Origin: Bacteroidales bacterium
GTDB lineage: Bacteria > Bacteroidota > Bacteroidia > Bacteroidales > UBA10428
Assembly (NCBI GenBank): GCA_050287785.1
Contig: JBNKCO010000010.1
Span: 39,340 to 103,339, forward strand
DNA: 64,000 nt
Reading direction: 5' to 3'
Positions 29,633 to 39,507 of this stretch are shown here, one piece after another. Made by a program: the position numbers and the translations under genes. Positions within the stretch are counted from its first letter, which is position 1. Each line of letters opens with the position of its first letter. Under the pieces are notes generated by a model. That model was not told the DNA's origin. It worked only from the letters and a program-made list of their open reading frames with translations, and searched no databases.

Positions 29633-30883
29633 TTATAAGTTAAATTCCTTTTTCAAGGCATCTACATAATCAAGTTTTTCCCATCCAAAAAACTGAACAT
29701 CTTCTTCTTTTTCTTTTCCATTAACAAGGGAAATAGTCTTTCTAACCTCAGGGGTTCTTCCCATATGTCCGTATGCTGCAGTTGCTCCAAAAATTGGTTT
29801 TTTCAGATTAAAACGCTTAACAATTGCACTTGGTCTAAGATCAAATACCGATTGTATTTTTTCTGCAATGGTACCATCGTGCAAATCAACTTTTGCTGTA
29901 CCGTAAGTATTTACAAAGACACCTACTGGTTCTGCAACTCCAATAGCATAAGCAACCTGAACTAAGACTTCATCAGCAATACCTGCAGCCACCATATTTT
30001 TAGCAATATGTCTTGATGCATATGCTGCTGAGCGATCAACCTTCGAAGAATCTTTTCCAGAAAAGGCTCCTCCACCATGAGCACCTTTACCACCATAGGT
30101 ATCAACAATAATTTTTCTCCCAGTAAGTCCGGTATCGCCATGTGGTCCTCCAATTACAAATTTACCTGTTGGATTTACATGGAGTATATAATCATCTTTG
30201 AATAATTCCTGCACTCTTTTAGGAAGAATCTTTTTAGTTCGTGGTATCAGAATATTTTTTACGTCTTCACGAATTTTTGCAAGCATTGCTTCATCCTCGT
30301 CAAAATCATCGTGCTGTGTAGAAACAACAACTGTATGAATTTTCAAAGGATTATTATTGTCATCGTATTCAATTGTTACCTGCGATTTTGAATCGGGTCG
30401 CAAATAGGTCATTTCTTTACCTGCGCGACGAATATCTGCCAATTCCTCAAGTAGTACATGAGAAATTTCCAGAGCAACAGGCATATAATTATCAGTTTCT
30501 TTACAAGCATAACCAAACATCATTCCCTGATCACCGGCACCTTGATCTTCTTCACTGGCTCTAACAACACCTTGATTAATATCGGGTGATTGTTCATGAA
30601 TAGCAGAAATTACACCACATCCATCGCCTTCGAACATATAATCAGCATGGGTATATCCAATTTTCTTTATAACTGCTCTTGCAACCTTTTGAACATCAAC
30701 ATATGCATGGGTTTTAACCTCTCCGCTTAATACTACTAGTCCAGTAGTAACTAATGTTTCACATGCCACTTTCGAATCCGGATCTTGTCTTAGGAATTCA
30801 TCAAGTAAAGCATCTGATATTTGGTCGGCAACCTTGTCTGGATGCCCTTCCGAAACTGATTCTGAAGTAAATAAATAGCTCAT
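29633..30883 (-). CDS. metK: S-adenosylmethionine synthetase
   Basis: [23 protein letters not shown] and GGGAFSGKD signature motifs. 416 aa. Confidence 0.97.
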   Translation of the reverse strand: MSYLFTSESVSEGHPDKVADQISDALLDEFLRQDPDSKVACETLVTTGLVVLSGEVKTHAYVDVQKVARAVIKKIGYTHADYMFEGDGCGVISAIHEQSPDINQGVVRASEEDQGAGDQGMMFGYACKETDNYMPVALEISHVLLEELADIRRAGKEMTYLRPDSKSQVTIEYDDNNNPLKIHTVVVSTQHDDFDEDEAMLAKIREDVKNILIPRTKKILPKRVQELFKDDYILHVNPTGKFVIGGPHGDTGLTGRKIIVDTYGGKGAHGGGAFSGKDSSKVDRSAAYASRHIAKNMVAAGIADEVLVQVAYAIGVAEPVGVFVNTYGTAKVDLHDGTIAEKIQSVFDLRPSAIVKRFNLKKPIFGATAAYGHMGRTPEVRKTISLVNGKEKEEDVQFFGWEKLDYVDALKKEFNL

Positions 30884-30943
30884 ATTTTATAATTATTTAT
30901 AATTGATAAAGTTAAAAATTTTATAATAACAGAATTGAATTGT

Positions 30944-31861
30944 CTATTTCGAATCTTTGGCTGATAACTCTCTAAAAGTATCTTCAAGACTACGTTTAAT
31001 AGATTGTAACTCTAAAATTCCAAGTTTATTACTCATTGCAAAGTTAAAAATTCCTTCCCGAATATCTTCCTCAGAAGAACTTTCTAATAACCAGGTATTA
31101 TTGTTATGTTTTTTCCAGCTGGTTACATTTGGGATCTTCATTATTGTTTCCTCTGAAACAACTTTATTAAACTCAACTAAAATTGTTTGCTTTTTAATGT
31201 TGCCTATATTCAGTTTATCGGTTGTTTCATCAACTACAATTTCACCATTATTTATCATAATAACTTTATGACAAATTGCTTCTACTTCTTGCAATATATG
31301 TGTTGAGAGAAGGACTGTTTTTGATTTTGCTATGTTTTTAATTAATTCTCTGATTTCGATGAGTTGATTTGGGTCTAATCCGGTTGTGGGTTCATCTAGA
31401 ATTAAAATTTTCGGATCATGAATAAGTGCCTGTGCAAGTCCAACCCTCTGCTTATAACCTTTTGAAAGTTGACCAATTTTTTTAGTCTTCTCCGGATTCA
31501 AGCCCGTCAATTCAATTATTTCTTTTACTCTTTCCGACAAATTGTGAATACCATACATTTTACCCACAAAACGAAGATATTCCGAAATATACTGATCATA
31601 ATAAAGGGGATTGTTCTCGGGCAAATAACCAATCTGACGTTTAATTTCTAAGGAATCTTCATCTACGTTTTTACCAAAAATTTCAATTCTGCCTGCATCT
31701 GGTCTTATCAATCCACATATGGATTTCATAGTAGTTGATTTCCCTGAACCGTTTGGTCCAATAAAACCAGTTATTTCCCCCTCCTTAAGTTGAAAACTAA
31801 TCTGGTCAACAGCTAACTGCTCACCATATTTTTTGGTCAGATTTTCTATTAATACACTCAT
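30944..31861 (-). CDS. ABC transporter ATP-binding protein, GldA-like
   Basis: Walker A GPNGSGKST, signature LSKGYKQR, Walker B ILILDEP. IGYLPENNPLY and the 305-aa size resemble gliding-associated GldA as I recall it. There is no adjacent permease gene. Confidence 0.8.
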   Translation of the reverse strand: MSVLIENLTKKYGEQLAVDQISFQLKEGEITGFIGPNGSGKSTTMKSICGLIRPDAGRIEIFGKNVDEDSLEIKRQIGYLPENNPLYYDQYISEYLRFVGKMYGIHNLSERVKEIIELTGLNPEKTKKIGQLSKGYKQRVGLAQALIHDPKILILDEPTTGLDPNQLIEIRELIKNIAKSKTVLLSTHILQEVEAICHKVIMINNGEIVVDETTDKLNIGNIKKQTILVEFNKVVSEETIMKIPNVTSWKKHNNNTWLLESSSEEDIREGIFNFAMSNKLGILELQSIKRSLEDTFRELSAKDSK

Positions 31862-31885
31862 TAACTTTCCCGTTTCAAGTATTAG

Positions 31886-32488
31886 TTAATTCCCTGGAAG
31901 CTGTTGCTTAATAATTTTAGCAATGTATTTTCCGATTATATCAAATTCAAGATTTACAACTGTACCGACCTTAATTTGGTGAAAATTAGTAAAGTCATAG
32001 GTAAAGGGAATAATTGCCACCTGGAAAGATTTATCCTTAGAATTCACAACTGTTAAACTTACTCCATTTATTGATACAGAACCTTTCTCAACAGTAATGT
32101 AATCATCTTGTGTAGGCTCATACTCAAATGTAAAATACCAACTTCCATCAGCTTCCTCAACTTTAGTACAAATAGCTGTTTGGTCAACATGGCCTTGAAC
32201 AAGATGCCCATCCAGTCGGCCATCAAGCTTGGCACTTCTTTCAAGATTTACTTTATCTCCAATCTCAAGTTTTCCAAGATTTGATTTAAGCAGTGTTTCT
32301 TGTATTGCTGTAACAGTATATGTTTTATCTGTAGTCTTTACAACTGTTAAACAAACTCCATTGTGCGATATACTTTGATCTATTTTAAGCTCATTAACAA
32401 ATGAACATTCCATTGTAATGTGCAGATTTTCCTTTTCTTTCTCAAGGGCCACCACAGTAGCAGCTTCTTCAACTATTCCTGTAAACAT
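31886..32488 (-). CDS. ribE: Riboflavin synthase (alpha chain)
   Basis: MFTGIVEE N-terminus and the duplicated lumazine-binding repeat (SHNGVCLTV / SINGVSLTV). The ORF-track start at 32536 is trimmed to the ATG at 32488. Confidence 0.9.
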   Translation of the reverse strand: MFTGIVEEAATVVALEKEKENLHITMECSFVNELKIDQSISHNGVCLTVVKTTDKTYTVTAIQETLLKSNLGKLEIGDKVNLERSAKLDGRLDGHLVQGHVDQTAICTKVEEADGSWYFTFEYEPTQDDYITVEKGSVSINGVSLTVVNSKDKSFQVAIIPFTYDFTNFHQIKVGTVVNLEFDIIGKYIAKIIKQQLPGN

Positions 32489-32634
32489 TTTATTCTTTTT
32501 GTTTGCGAAGGTAATAATATTTGGAAAATGTGACATGAGAAATTATGCCTGGCAATGATTTTTACTACTAATTAAAATATTTTACGAGTTATTATGATTA
32601 GTAAATCTGAATCTGCTATTTTTAAAATAAAAAC

Positions 32635-33447
32635 ATGATGCTTGAAAAACTGAAGCAGACAATTGACTTTTTAGAATCTGCAGGAATTAAATCTCCGCAA
32701 ACCGGAATTGTTTTAGGAACAGGATTAGGACAAATGGTTGATCAAATAGATATTATTAAATCTATTGAATATGACCAGATTCCAAATTTTCCTGTATCTA
32801 CCGTTGAAAGTCATAAAGGTCGGCTAATATATGGCACAATAGCAAACCATCGGATTATTGCTATGCAAGGCAGGTTTCATTATTATGAGGGATATGATCT
32901 AAGCGAAGTTACCTACCCCATTAGGGTAATGAAATTATTAGGAGTAGAAAGACTTTTACTATCAAATGCTGCTGGTGCGTTAAATTTATCCTATAAAAAA
33001 GGCGATTTGATGCTACTGGATGATCATATTAACTTTTTGCCAGACAATCCGCTACGTGGTAAAAATCATGATAAATTAGGTCCTCGTTTCCCTGATATGA
33101 GCAGACCATATTCATTAACACTTAATGAAAAAGTTAAATCAATCGCAAAGCTAGAAGGAATTATTATTCATGAAGGAGTATATGTTGCAGTTATGGGACC
33201 AAATTTAGAAACAAGAGCAGAATACAGGATGCTTTCCAATTTTGCTGATGCTGTGGGAATGTCAACAGTTCCTGAAGTAATAGTTGCAAACCAAATGGAC
33301 TTGCCATGTGTTGCTATTTCTGTTCTAACCGATGAATGCGATCCAGATAACCTAAAACCTGCAAATCTTGAAGATATTTTAGCTGTTGCAAAAGTATCAG
33401 AAAAAGTGATGACACGAATATTTGTGAAACTAATTGAAAGTTTTTAA
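32635..33447 (+). CDS. Purine nucleoside phosphorylase (PNP/MTAP family)
   Basis: 270 aa. VESHKGRL, GRFHYYEG, GPNLETRAE and MSTVPE motifs of the trimeric PNP family. Confidence 0.87.
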   Translation: MMLEKLKQTIDFLESAGIKSPQTGIVLGTGLGQMVDQIDIIKSIEYDQIPNFPVSTVESHKGRLIYGTIANHRIIAMQGRFHYYEGYDLSEVTYPIRVMKLLGVERLLLSNAAGALNLSYKKGDLMLLDDHINFLPDNPLRGKNHDKLGPRFPDMSRPYSLTLNEKVKSIAKLEGIIIHEGVYVAVMGPNLETRAEYRMLSNFADAVGMSTVPEVIVANQMDLPCVAISVLTDECDPDNLKPANLEDILAVAKVSEKVMTRIFVKLIESF

Positions 33448-33473
33448 GCTCCTTCTAACACATCTTCTTTATT

Positions 33474-34085
33474 TTATTTCAATAGCAGGTACATAAAACC
33501 GTAGGTTGAACACAGTCCTAAAAAATAACCTGAATAGATTTCGAGTTGACTATGAGCTTTAATATATAACCTAACTGAGGAAACTACTCCTGAAACTAAT
33601 ACAGTAATTAATAATATTACAAACATGTTTACATGGTAGTTGAAGGCAAGAAGTAAAACTAGCCCAGTTATACCACCAAGACCCGTGGTATGTAAACTAA
33701 TTTTCAGTATGAAATTCATAAATAATATTAGAATTGAGGCAGCAGCAATAGAAAAGGTATATGCATTAATTATTTTTACTTGAAAAATCCTGTTTAGCAT
33801 AATATTCAGAAATACTAGTGAGGCTGAAGTAAAAATTAGCGGAATAAACCTCTCTCTACGATCAGTTATTTCAAAAGATTTTATTATTCGCCAATAATAT
33901 AAAAGAGGTAAAAAAGAGACTGGTAATAAAATGCTAAATAAAGCAAAGATTAAATACAGTGATTTTTGATATTCTTGAGGAAAACTAGTCTCCATTAATC
34001 CTGCATTGATTAGTATATAAATACCAATCAGAGGCATAAAAATAGGGTGAAATAGTATTGAAATAGTTTGTGTGAGTTGCTTCAT
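33474..34085 (-). CDS. Polytopic membrane protein, distantly PAP2-like
   Basis: Five to six hydrophobic segments. It has weak PAP2-like motifs (RRERFIP; SLHTTG; SSVRLYIKAHSQLE), with Glu where PAP2 has the final Asp. Assignment is tentative. Confidence 0.45.
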   Translation of the reverse strand: MKQLTQTISILFHPIFMPLIGIYILINAGLMETSFPQEYQKSLYLIFALFSILLPVSFLPLLYYWRIIKSFEITDRRERFIPLIFTSASLVFLNIMLNRIFQVKIINAYTFSIAAASILILFMNFILKISLHTTGLGGITGLVLLLAFNYHVNMFVILLITVLVSGVVSSVRLYIKAHSQLEIYSGYFLGLCSTYGFMYLLLK

Positions 34086-34094
34086 TCACTTCCT

Positions 34095-35543
34095 TTATAA
34101 TTCTTTTCTCATACGTGCAACAGGAATATTCAGTTGTTCACGATATTTAGCTACTGTCCTACGGGCAATATGATAACCTTTTTCTTGTAATATAGCGGCC
34201 AATTTATCATCGGTAAGAGGTTTTCGCTTCTCCTCCTTATCTATACAATCCTGCAAAATCTTCTTTATTTCTCGTGTAGAAACCTCTTCTCCTGATTCTG
34301 TTTGTAGTCCTTCAGAAAAGAAGAATTTTAATGGGAAAATGCCAAAGTGCGTTTGAATATATTTACTGTTTGCAACCCTGGAAATTGTGGATATATCTAA
34401 ATTTGTTTTATCGGCAATATCTTTAAGAATCATTGGCCTAAGCCTGGTTTCATCTCCTTCCTCAAAATATTCTTTCTGGTACTCTAGAATGGCATTCATT
34501 GTAACCAACAGTGTATTCTGACGTTGCTTAATGGCATCAATAAACCATTTTGCCGAATCTAGCTTTTGCTTAACAAAAGTAACAGCTTCTTTTTGTTCGG
34601 TTGAGCGCTTATTCTTAGCCGCAGAATAAGACTCAAGCATATCTGAATAAGTGCGACTAATCCTTAATTCAGGAGTGTTGCGGCCATTTAAACTAATTTC
34701 CAAAACGCCTTCGTCGTTTTCGAGAATAAAATCAGGAATAATTACATGGGTTGTTTTATTCAATGGATCACTAAATGAACTTCCTGGTTTTGGGTTTAAA
34801 TGAAGTATTTCTTCAATTGCGTCTTTTAGTTCTTCATCAGTAGCATCAAGCTTACTTTTTATTTTGTCGTAATGCTTCCGAGTAAATTCATCAAAATGAT
34901 ATCGAATAATTTCAGTTGCAAGGATTACATCCGGATTTGTTTGGTCTTTTGCCCTAATCTGAAGCAATAAACATTCCCTTAAATCTCGCGCTCCAACTCC
35001 AACAGGATCAAAATCCTGAATAATGCGAAGTATCTTTAATAACTCTTCTTCGTTAGATTCTATGTTTAGTGAGAAAGCCAAATCATCTGAGATAGCCTCA
35101 AGTTCCCTACGCAGGTACCCATGTTCATCAATGTTCCCAATAATATATTCGGCAAGATCATGCTCTTGTTGGTCAAGCATTCTTAAACCTAGTTGAGTCT
35201 CCAGATGATCATGAAAAGTAGCGCCAACACTAAAAGGAATCTCTGTTTTCTTATCGTCTTTGGAATAATTTCTTGAATAGAGTTTATAGGACGGAATGTC
35301 ATCTTTATTTAAATACTCATCAATAGAGAAATCATCTTTTTCGTTTACTCCGGTATCTCCATCATCATGATTATTATCAAACTCATCTTTATCTTTCCCC
35401 TCTTCGAGAACTGGATTTTCCTCAATCTCTTTTTTGATACGTTGTTCCAACTGCATAGTTGGTATCTCCAACAACTTTATCATTTGAATTTGTTGAGGTG
35501 ATAACTTCTGAAGTAACTTTTGTTGTAAACGTTGTTTTAGCAT
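34095..35543 (-). CDS. rpoN: RNA polymerase sigma-54 factor
   Basis: N-terminal Gln/Leu-rich region I (LKQRLQQKLLQKLSPQQIQ), an acidic region II and the C-terminal RpoN box (ARRTVAKYRE). 482 aa. Confidence 0.95.
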   Translation of the reverse strand: MLKQRLQQKLLQKLSPQQIQMIKLLEIPTMQLEQRIKKEIEENPVLEEGKDKDEFDNNHDDGDTGVNEKDDFSIDEYLNKDDIPSYKLYSRNYSKDDKKTEIPFSVGATFHDHLETQLGLRMLDQQEHDLAEYIIGNIDEHGYLRRELEAISDDLAFSLNIESNEEELLKILRIIQDFDPVGVGARDLRECLLLQIRAKDQTNPDVILATEIIRYHFDEFTRKHYDKIKSKLDATDEELKDAIEEILHLNPKPGSSFSDPLNKTTHVIIPDFILENDEGVLEISLNGRNTPELRISRTYSDMLESYSAAKNKRSTEQKEAVTFVKQKLDSAKWFIDAIKQRQNTLLVTMNAILEYQKEYFEEGDETRLRPMILKDIADKTNLDISTISRVANSKYIQTHFGIFPLKFFFSEGLQTESGEEVSTREIKKILQDCIDKEEKRKPLTDDKLAAILQEKGYHIARRTVAKYREQLNIPVARMRKEL

Positions 35544-35602
35544 TTCCCCCCTAAATGAGTAAATTCATTTATTTATAAAATATTCTCTTCTTAAACTATC
35601 CC

Positions 35603-35610
35603 CAAAATTA
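35603..35610 (-). promoter_or_regulatory. Candidate Bacteroidota -7 promoter box (TAatTTTG on the minus strand) for rpoN
   Basis: The plus strand reads caaaatta, 60 nt upstream of the rpoN ATG at 35543 and downstream of the asnS terminator. Confidence 0.3.
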
Positions 35611-35698
35611 TCGGGATTATCACGAGTTTAGTATTAGTAATTTATGTCCATCCAAATTAATTTATAACTCATGGACAGTTCTTTACTGGTCTAAAGAT

Positions 35699-35724
35699 AA
35701 AAAAAAGGCCTGAATTTTCAGGCC
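35699..35724 (-). terminator. Intrinsic terminator downstream of asnS
   Basis: GC-rich hairpin ggcctg-aatttt-caggcc. On the minus strand it is followed by a T8 run (plus-strand A8). Confidence 0.72.
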
Positions 35725-35749
35725 TCTATGTAATGTATATTCTATTAGA

Positions 35750-37189
35750 CTAAAACTCAGCATTTTTAGGAGCTCGCGGAAAGGGAATTACATCTCGGAT
35801 GTTGCCCATTCCTGTAACAAAAAGCATTAATCTTTCAAAACCTAATCCAAAACCACTATGCGGAACACTTCCAAATTTCCTTGTTTCCAGATACCACCAC
35901 ATTTCTTCGGTAGAAATGTTAATGTCTTCCATTCGCTTTCGAAGTTTATCATAATTGTCTTCGCGTTGCGATCCTCCAACTATTTCACCAATACCTGGAA
36001 ATAGTATATCCATTGCACGAACTGTCTTGCCATCGTCGTTTTGCTTCATATAAAAAGCTTTAATGCCTGCCGGGTAATCTGTTAGTATTACAGGTTTTTT
36101 GAAATGTTTTTCAACTAAAAAACGTTCGTGTTCACTTTGAAGATCTGTCCCAAATCCATTTATCGGGTACTGAAATTTTTTCTTTTTATTAGGCTTGGAG
36201 TTTTCAAGAATGGCTATTGCTTCAGTATATGTCAATCTTACAAAGTCATTCTCCAACACAAATTTCAGCTTCTCAATTAACTCCATAGAGTGTTGATCTT
36301 GTGGCTTACTTTTTTCTTCTTCCTGCAACCGATTACTTAAGAAAACAAGATCATCCATGCAATTATCTAAAGCATACCTCAGCAAATATTTTAAAAACTC
36401 CTCTGCTAAGTCCATGTTATCGTCTAACTCGTAAAATGCCATTTCTGGCTCAATCATCCAAAATTCAGATAAATGACGAGTTGTATTGGAATTCTCTGCA
36501 CGAAATGTTGGCCCGAAAGTATAGATGTCACTCATTGCTAAAGCAGCTAGCTCACCCTGCAATTGACCCGAAACGGTAAGACTTGTTTCCTTTCCAAAGA
36601 AGTCTTGTGAATAGTCAATATTTCCATCCTCATTTCTAGGTGGATTATTTGGATCTAGTGTTGAAACGCGAAACATCTCCCCAGCTCCTTCGGCATCGCT
36701 ACCGGTAATAATTGGTGTATGTATATTGTAAAATCCTTTATTTGTGAAAAACTCATGCACTGCAAAAATCATTGCATGTCGAACACGTGTAACTGCGCCA
36801 AAAATATTAGTTCTAAATCTCAGGTGGGCTTTCTCACGAAGAAATTCTAAACCATGTTTCTTAGGCTGCAAAGGATATTCTTCAGGATTAGCAATTCCAA
36901 TTACTTCAACTTTTGTAGCTTCAATTTCAACTGTTTGTCCTTTACCCTGAGACTCAACCAAGTTACCAACAACAGCAACACTAGCTCCAACAGAAATATC
37001 TCTGATAAGTTGCTCTGTTAAAAGAGAATCATCGGCAACAGCTTGAATGTTATTTATGCAAGACCCGTCGTTTATAATTATAAACCGATTGTTTCTGAAA
37101 AAGCGGACCCAACCTTTAACCAGCACTTCTGAACCTATTTTATCAGATTTAAGTAAATCAGCAATCTTTGTACGTCTTAATTCACTCAT
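35750..37189 (-). CDS. asnS: Asparagine--tRNA ligase
   Basis: Class IIb OB-fold N-terminus, motif 2 (FRAENS.T.RHL.EFWM.E) and motif 3 (GFGLGFERL). The ORF-track start at 37258 is trimmed to the ATG at 37189 (MSELRRTKI). This start has a -7 box 30 nt upstream. Confidence 0.95.
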   Translation of the reverse strand: MSELRRTKIADLLKSDKIGSEVLVKGWVRFFRNNRFIIINDGSCINNIQAVADDSLLTEQLIRDISVGASVAVVGNLVESQGKGQTVEIEATKVEVIGIANPEEYPLQPKKHGLEFLREKAHLRFRTNIFGAVTRVRHAMIFAVHEFFTNKGFYNIHTPIITGSDAEGAGEMFRVSTLDPNNPPRNEDGNIDYSQDFFGKETSLTVSGQLQGELAALAMSDIYTFGPTFRAENSNTTRHLSEFWMIEPEMAFYELDDNMDLAEEFLKYLLRYALDNCMDDLVFLSNRLQEEEKSKPQDQHSMELIEKLKFVLENDFVRLTYTEAIAILENSKPNKKKKFQYPINGFGTDLQSEHERFLVEKHFKKPVILTDYPAGIKAFYMKQNDDGKTVRAMDILFPGIGEIVGGSQREDNYDKLRKRMEDINISTEEMWWYLETRKFGSVPHSGFGLGFERLMLFVTGMGNIRDVIPFPRAPKNAEF

Positions 37190-37218
37190 ATTTTTGAGAT
37201 TTTTATAAAATTGAAGTG

Positions 37219-37226
37219 CAAAAATA
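37219..37226 (-). promoter_or_regulatory. Candidate Bacteroidota -7 promoter box (TAttTTTG on the minus strand) for asnS
   Basis: The plus strand reads caaaaata, 30 nt upstream of the ATG at 37189. Confidence 0.35.
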
Positions 37227-37360
37227 GTGAATTTTGTTTTAGCTACAGCTATTGACATAACAAACTGCCAACTTTAGAATTGAAATAAACCTTAAGGTAG
37301 GTAGTCATCAATTGAACTCAAATGATTTTTCAAGCGTGGACTTCAAAAAAGATGGTTTTT

Positions 37361-37380
37361 GATAATGATAATCCTGATAA
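37361..37380. promoter_or_regulatory. GATAAT-GATAAT-cct-GATAAa direct hexamer array (Fur-box-like half site)
   Basis: gataatgataatc matches the first 13 nt of the enterobacterial Fur consensus GATAATGATAATCATTATC, but the inverted third hexamer is missing. It lies in the 750-bp non-coding gap, 172 bp upstream of asnS and 600 bp upstream of sodB. Confidence 0.15.
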
Positions 37381-37982
37381 ACAAATTATCGGGATTTCTT
37401 CGACTTGCAACTTTTAGTATTTAAAAGTTGAGTCTTAGGAAAAAGAAAAGGTCGTATCCAACGACACAACCCCTCTTACCTAAAATCCAACCAAACCCTA
37501 CATCAAAATCTTTATATCTTATCTTCTGGTTTTATCTTTTTTGTACATTATAAATATACAGTGATAATCAAAGTTATTTATGAGTGTATTTGCTTAAAAT
37601 TATGGCAATTAATACTAAAGTTTAATAGGGATTTACCGAACTACTGGCATAAATCCTAAGGAAGAGTCCCCGTGCATTCATTTAATAATAATACTCAATA
37701 TAAATATACAAGGATGAAGGACAAAAGTCATTAGCATTCTACCCAAATTATTAACTATAATCCTTTAATATCAGCGATTGCACATCCACCATTTCCTATA
37801 TAAAAAAGTATTTGAAATTCAGAATAATATTGTTTAATAAGAACAAATATTCTTATTTAAAATCATTCTGTATTACTCTTTAATTTGAACCATCGTAGAG
37901 CATTAATGTTTTTGAGCTACAAGAATCTTAATTTTACTTCTTCAAAAAATACAATAGAATCTACAAATTAAAACATACAATT

Positions 37983-38558
37983 ATGGCTTTTGAATTACCA
38001 AAATTACCCTATGAATTAAACGAGTTGGAACCAGTTATAAGCAAACAAACTATGGACTTCCATTATGGAAAACACCATCAGGCATATGTAACCAACCTAA
38101 ATAATTTAGCTAAGGGTACAAAATTTGAGAATGCTACCCTTGAAGAAATAATTCGTGAAGCAGATGGCGGAATCTTCAATAATGGAGCACAAGTTTGGAA
38201 CCACACATTTTACTTTATGTCTTTTCGCCCTAATTCTGGAGGTGAGCCTACAGGTCCGCTTGCTGAAGCAATCGATAAAAGCTTTGGTTCGTTTGCTGAG
38301 TTTAAAGAAAAGTTTTCTAAAGCAGCAGCTACATTATTCGGTTCGGGTTGGGCATGGTTAGTTAAAAAAGCCGATGGCTCATTAGATATTGTTCAGGAAA
38401 GCAATGCGGGAAATCCAATAAAGCAGGGATTAATTCCAATTCTTACCTGCGATGTATGGGAACATGCATATTACCTGGGATATCAAAACAGAAGACCTGA
38501 TTACTTAAATGACTTCTGGAGTATTATTGACTGGGAAGTTGTTGGCTCAAGGTATTAA
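37983..38558 (+). CDS. sodB: Fe/Mn superoxide dismutase
   Basis: LPYELNELEP..., HHQAYV, and DVWEHAYYL metal-ligand motifs. 191 aa. Confidence 0.93.
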   Translation: MAFELPKLPYELNELEPVISKQTMDFHYGKHHQAYVTNLNNLAKGTKFENATLEEIIREADGGIFNNGAQVWNHTFYFMSFRPNSGGEPTGPLAEAIDKSFGSFAEFKEKFSKAAATLFGSGWAWLVKKADGSLDIVQESNAGNPIKQGLIPILTCDVWEHAYYLGYQNRRPDYLNDFWSIIDWEVVGSRY

Positions 38559-38710
38559 ACCCCTGAATTTATTAGAGCCCCAAGGAATAAAATGAAACAT
38601 CATCTGGAGAATATTCCTAATTTCTTGTATTAATCCAGAAATAAGAAAATAAAGGTGCGTAAAAGCTCACGCCATCGAAAAGTGTTTCGATCTGATTTTG
38701 AGTTAAAAAA

Positions 38711-38753
38711 AAGACGGTAGTATAGATCTTTAAATGGTTTATACTACCGTCTT
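38711..38753. terminator. Bidirectional intrinsic terminator between convergent sodB and the hypothetical cluster
   Basis: 14-bp perfect stem aagacggtagtata / tatactaccgtctt with a 15-nt loop. A-run 5' (aaaaaaaa) and a T-rich 3' flank. Confidence 0.7.
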
Positions 38754-38773
38754 TCTTTAGTTTTAAAATTGTT

Positions 38774-39457
38774 TTACAAACTTATTGCAAATTTCAGCCC
38801 TACAACAATTATTGGGACAACATCTTTTTTATTATTTATAGAATATGAAGAAGTTGATGATAAGACCTCATCGTATACTCTTGTACGAATTCCAAATCCT
38901 ATATAAGGATCAATAAAGGCATTTTCATCAAGCATATAAACATATCCTAAGGCAAGAAATACATCTTTATTTACTCTTGACAATCCTTCGCTATTAGCTA
39001 AAATATTATTTACACTTGTTAGTGTTGAAGAGTATTTTTGCTGCCTATAATTTAGACTGAAATATAATCCTTCTGGATCAAATCCATAATTTGCAGAATA
39101 ATATCTTATACCAATTCTGTAACTATAACCAATGTTTATTTCTTCTTCGATATTAGGATTAAAACTACTAAACCATGTTGAATCTGAAGATGAATTTGCA
39201 AGAAAATCACGAAGAGTTAATCCAACTCCAATTTCGACACTTATATTATTTCTAAAATTGTTTTCGTAATAAATTGGTATATCTCCTCTAGTAAAGATTA
39301 TCGGATTTAGCTTTAGTAAGTGATTAAATTTTACGCTTTTAGAATCTTCTGAAAGTTCATCTTCCATCTGAATCTTTACTACAGGTTTTTCCTGTGCATT
39401 GGAATTGACAAAAAATAACATTCCAAGAATTCCAATCAACCAAATATTTTTTCTCAT
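38774..39457 (-). CDS. Hypothetical secreted protein, outer-membrane beta-barrel-like
   Basis: Signal peptide (MRKNIWLIGILGMLFFVNSNAQE). Alternating hydrophobic/polar strands with Y/G/R-rich turns throughout. No family recognised. Confidence 0.5.
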   Translation of the reverse strand: MRKNIWLIGILGMLFFVNSNAQEKPVVKIQMEDELSEDSKSVKFNHLLKLNPIIFTRGDIPIYYENNFRNNISVEIGVGLTLRDFLANSSSDSTWFSSFNPNIEEEINIGYSYRIGIRYYSANYGFDPEGLYFSLNYRQQKYSSTLTSVNNILANSEGLSRVNKDVFLALGYVYMLDENAFIDPYIGFGIRTRVYDEVLSSTSSYSINNKKDVVPIIVVGLKFAISL

Positions 39458-39507
39458 ATTGCCCTAATTAAACAAATATTAAACAATATTTCTTACACGT
39501 AATAAAA

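Noticed and set aside
30884-30943. Possible SAM riboswitch upstream of metK.
   Set aside because: Only 60 nt separate metK from the upstream ABC gene, which is too short for any SAM riboswitch class. No conserved riboswitch core was seen.
35605-35618. Exact 14-nt repeat aaattatcgggatt, also at 37383-37396. Both copies lie upstream of minus-strand genes (rpoN and asnS).
   Set aside because: A rough estimate gives several chance 14-mer matches in 64 kb of AT-rich DNA. Copy 1 overlaps the rpoN -7 box, but copy 2 does not form a valid TAnnTTTG box. I do not consider this significant without conservation data.
37322-37420. 32-codon plus-strand ORF (MIFQAWTSKKMVFDNDNPDKQIIGISSTCNF), and the 19-codon hydrophobic minus-strand ORF from 37737, as possible small proteins or type I toxin.
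   Set aside because: There is no promoter box, terminator or recognisable family. ORFs of this length are expected by chance in 750 bp. I kept them only as a note under the non-coding-gap finding.
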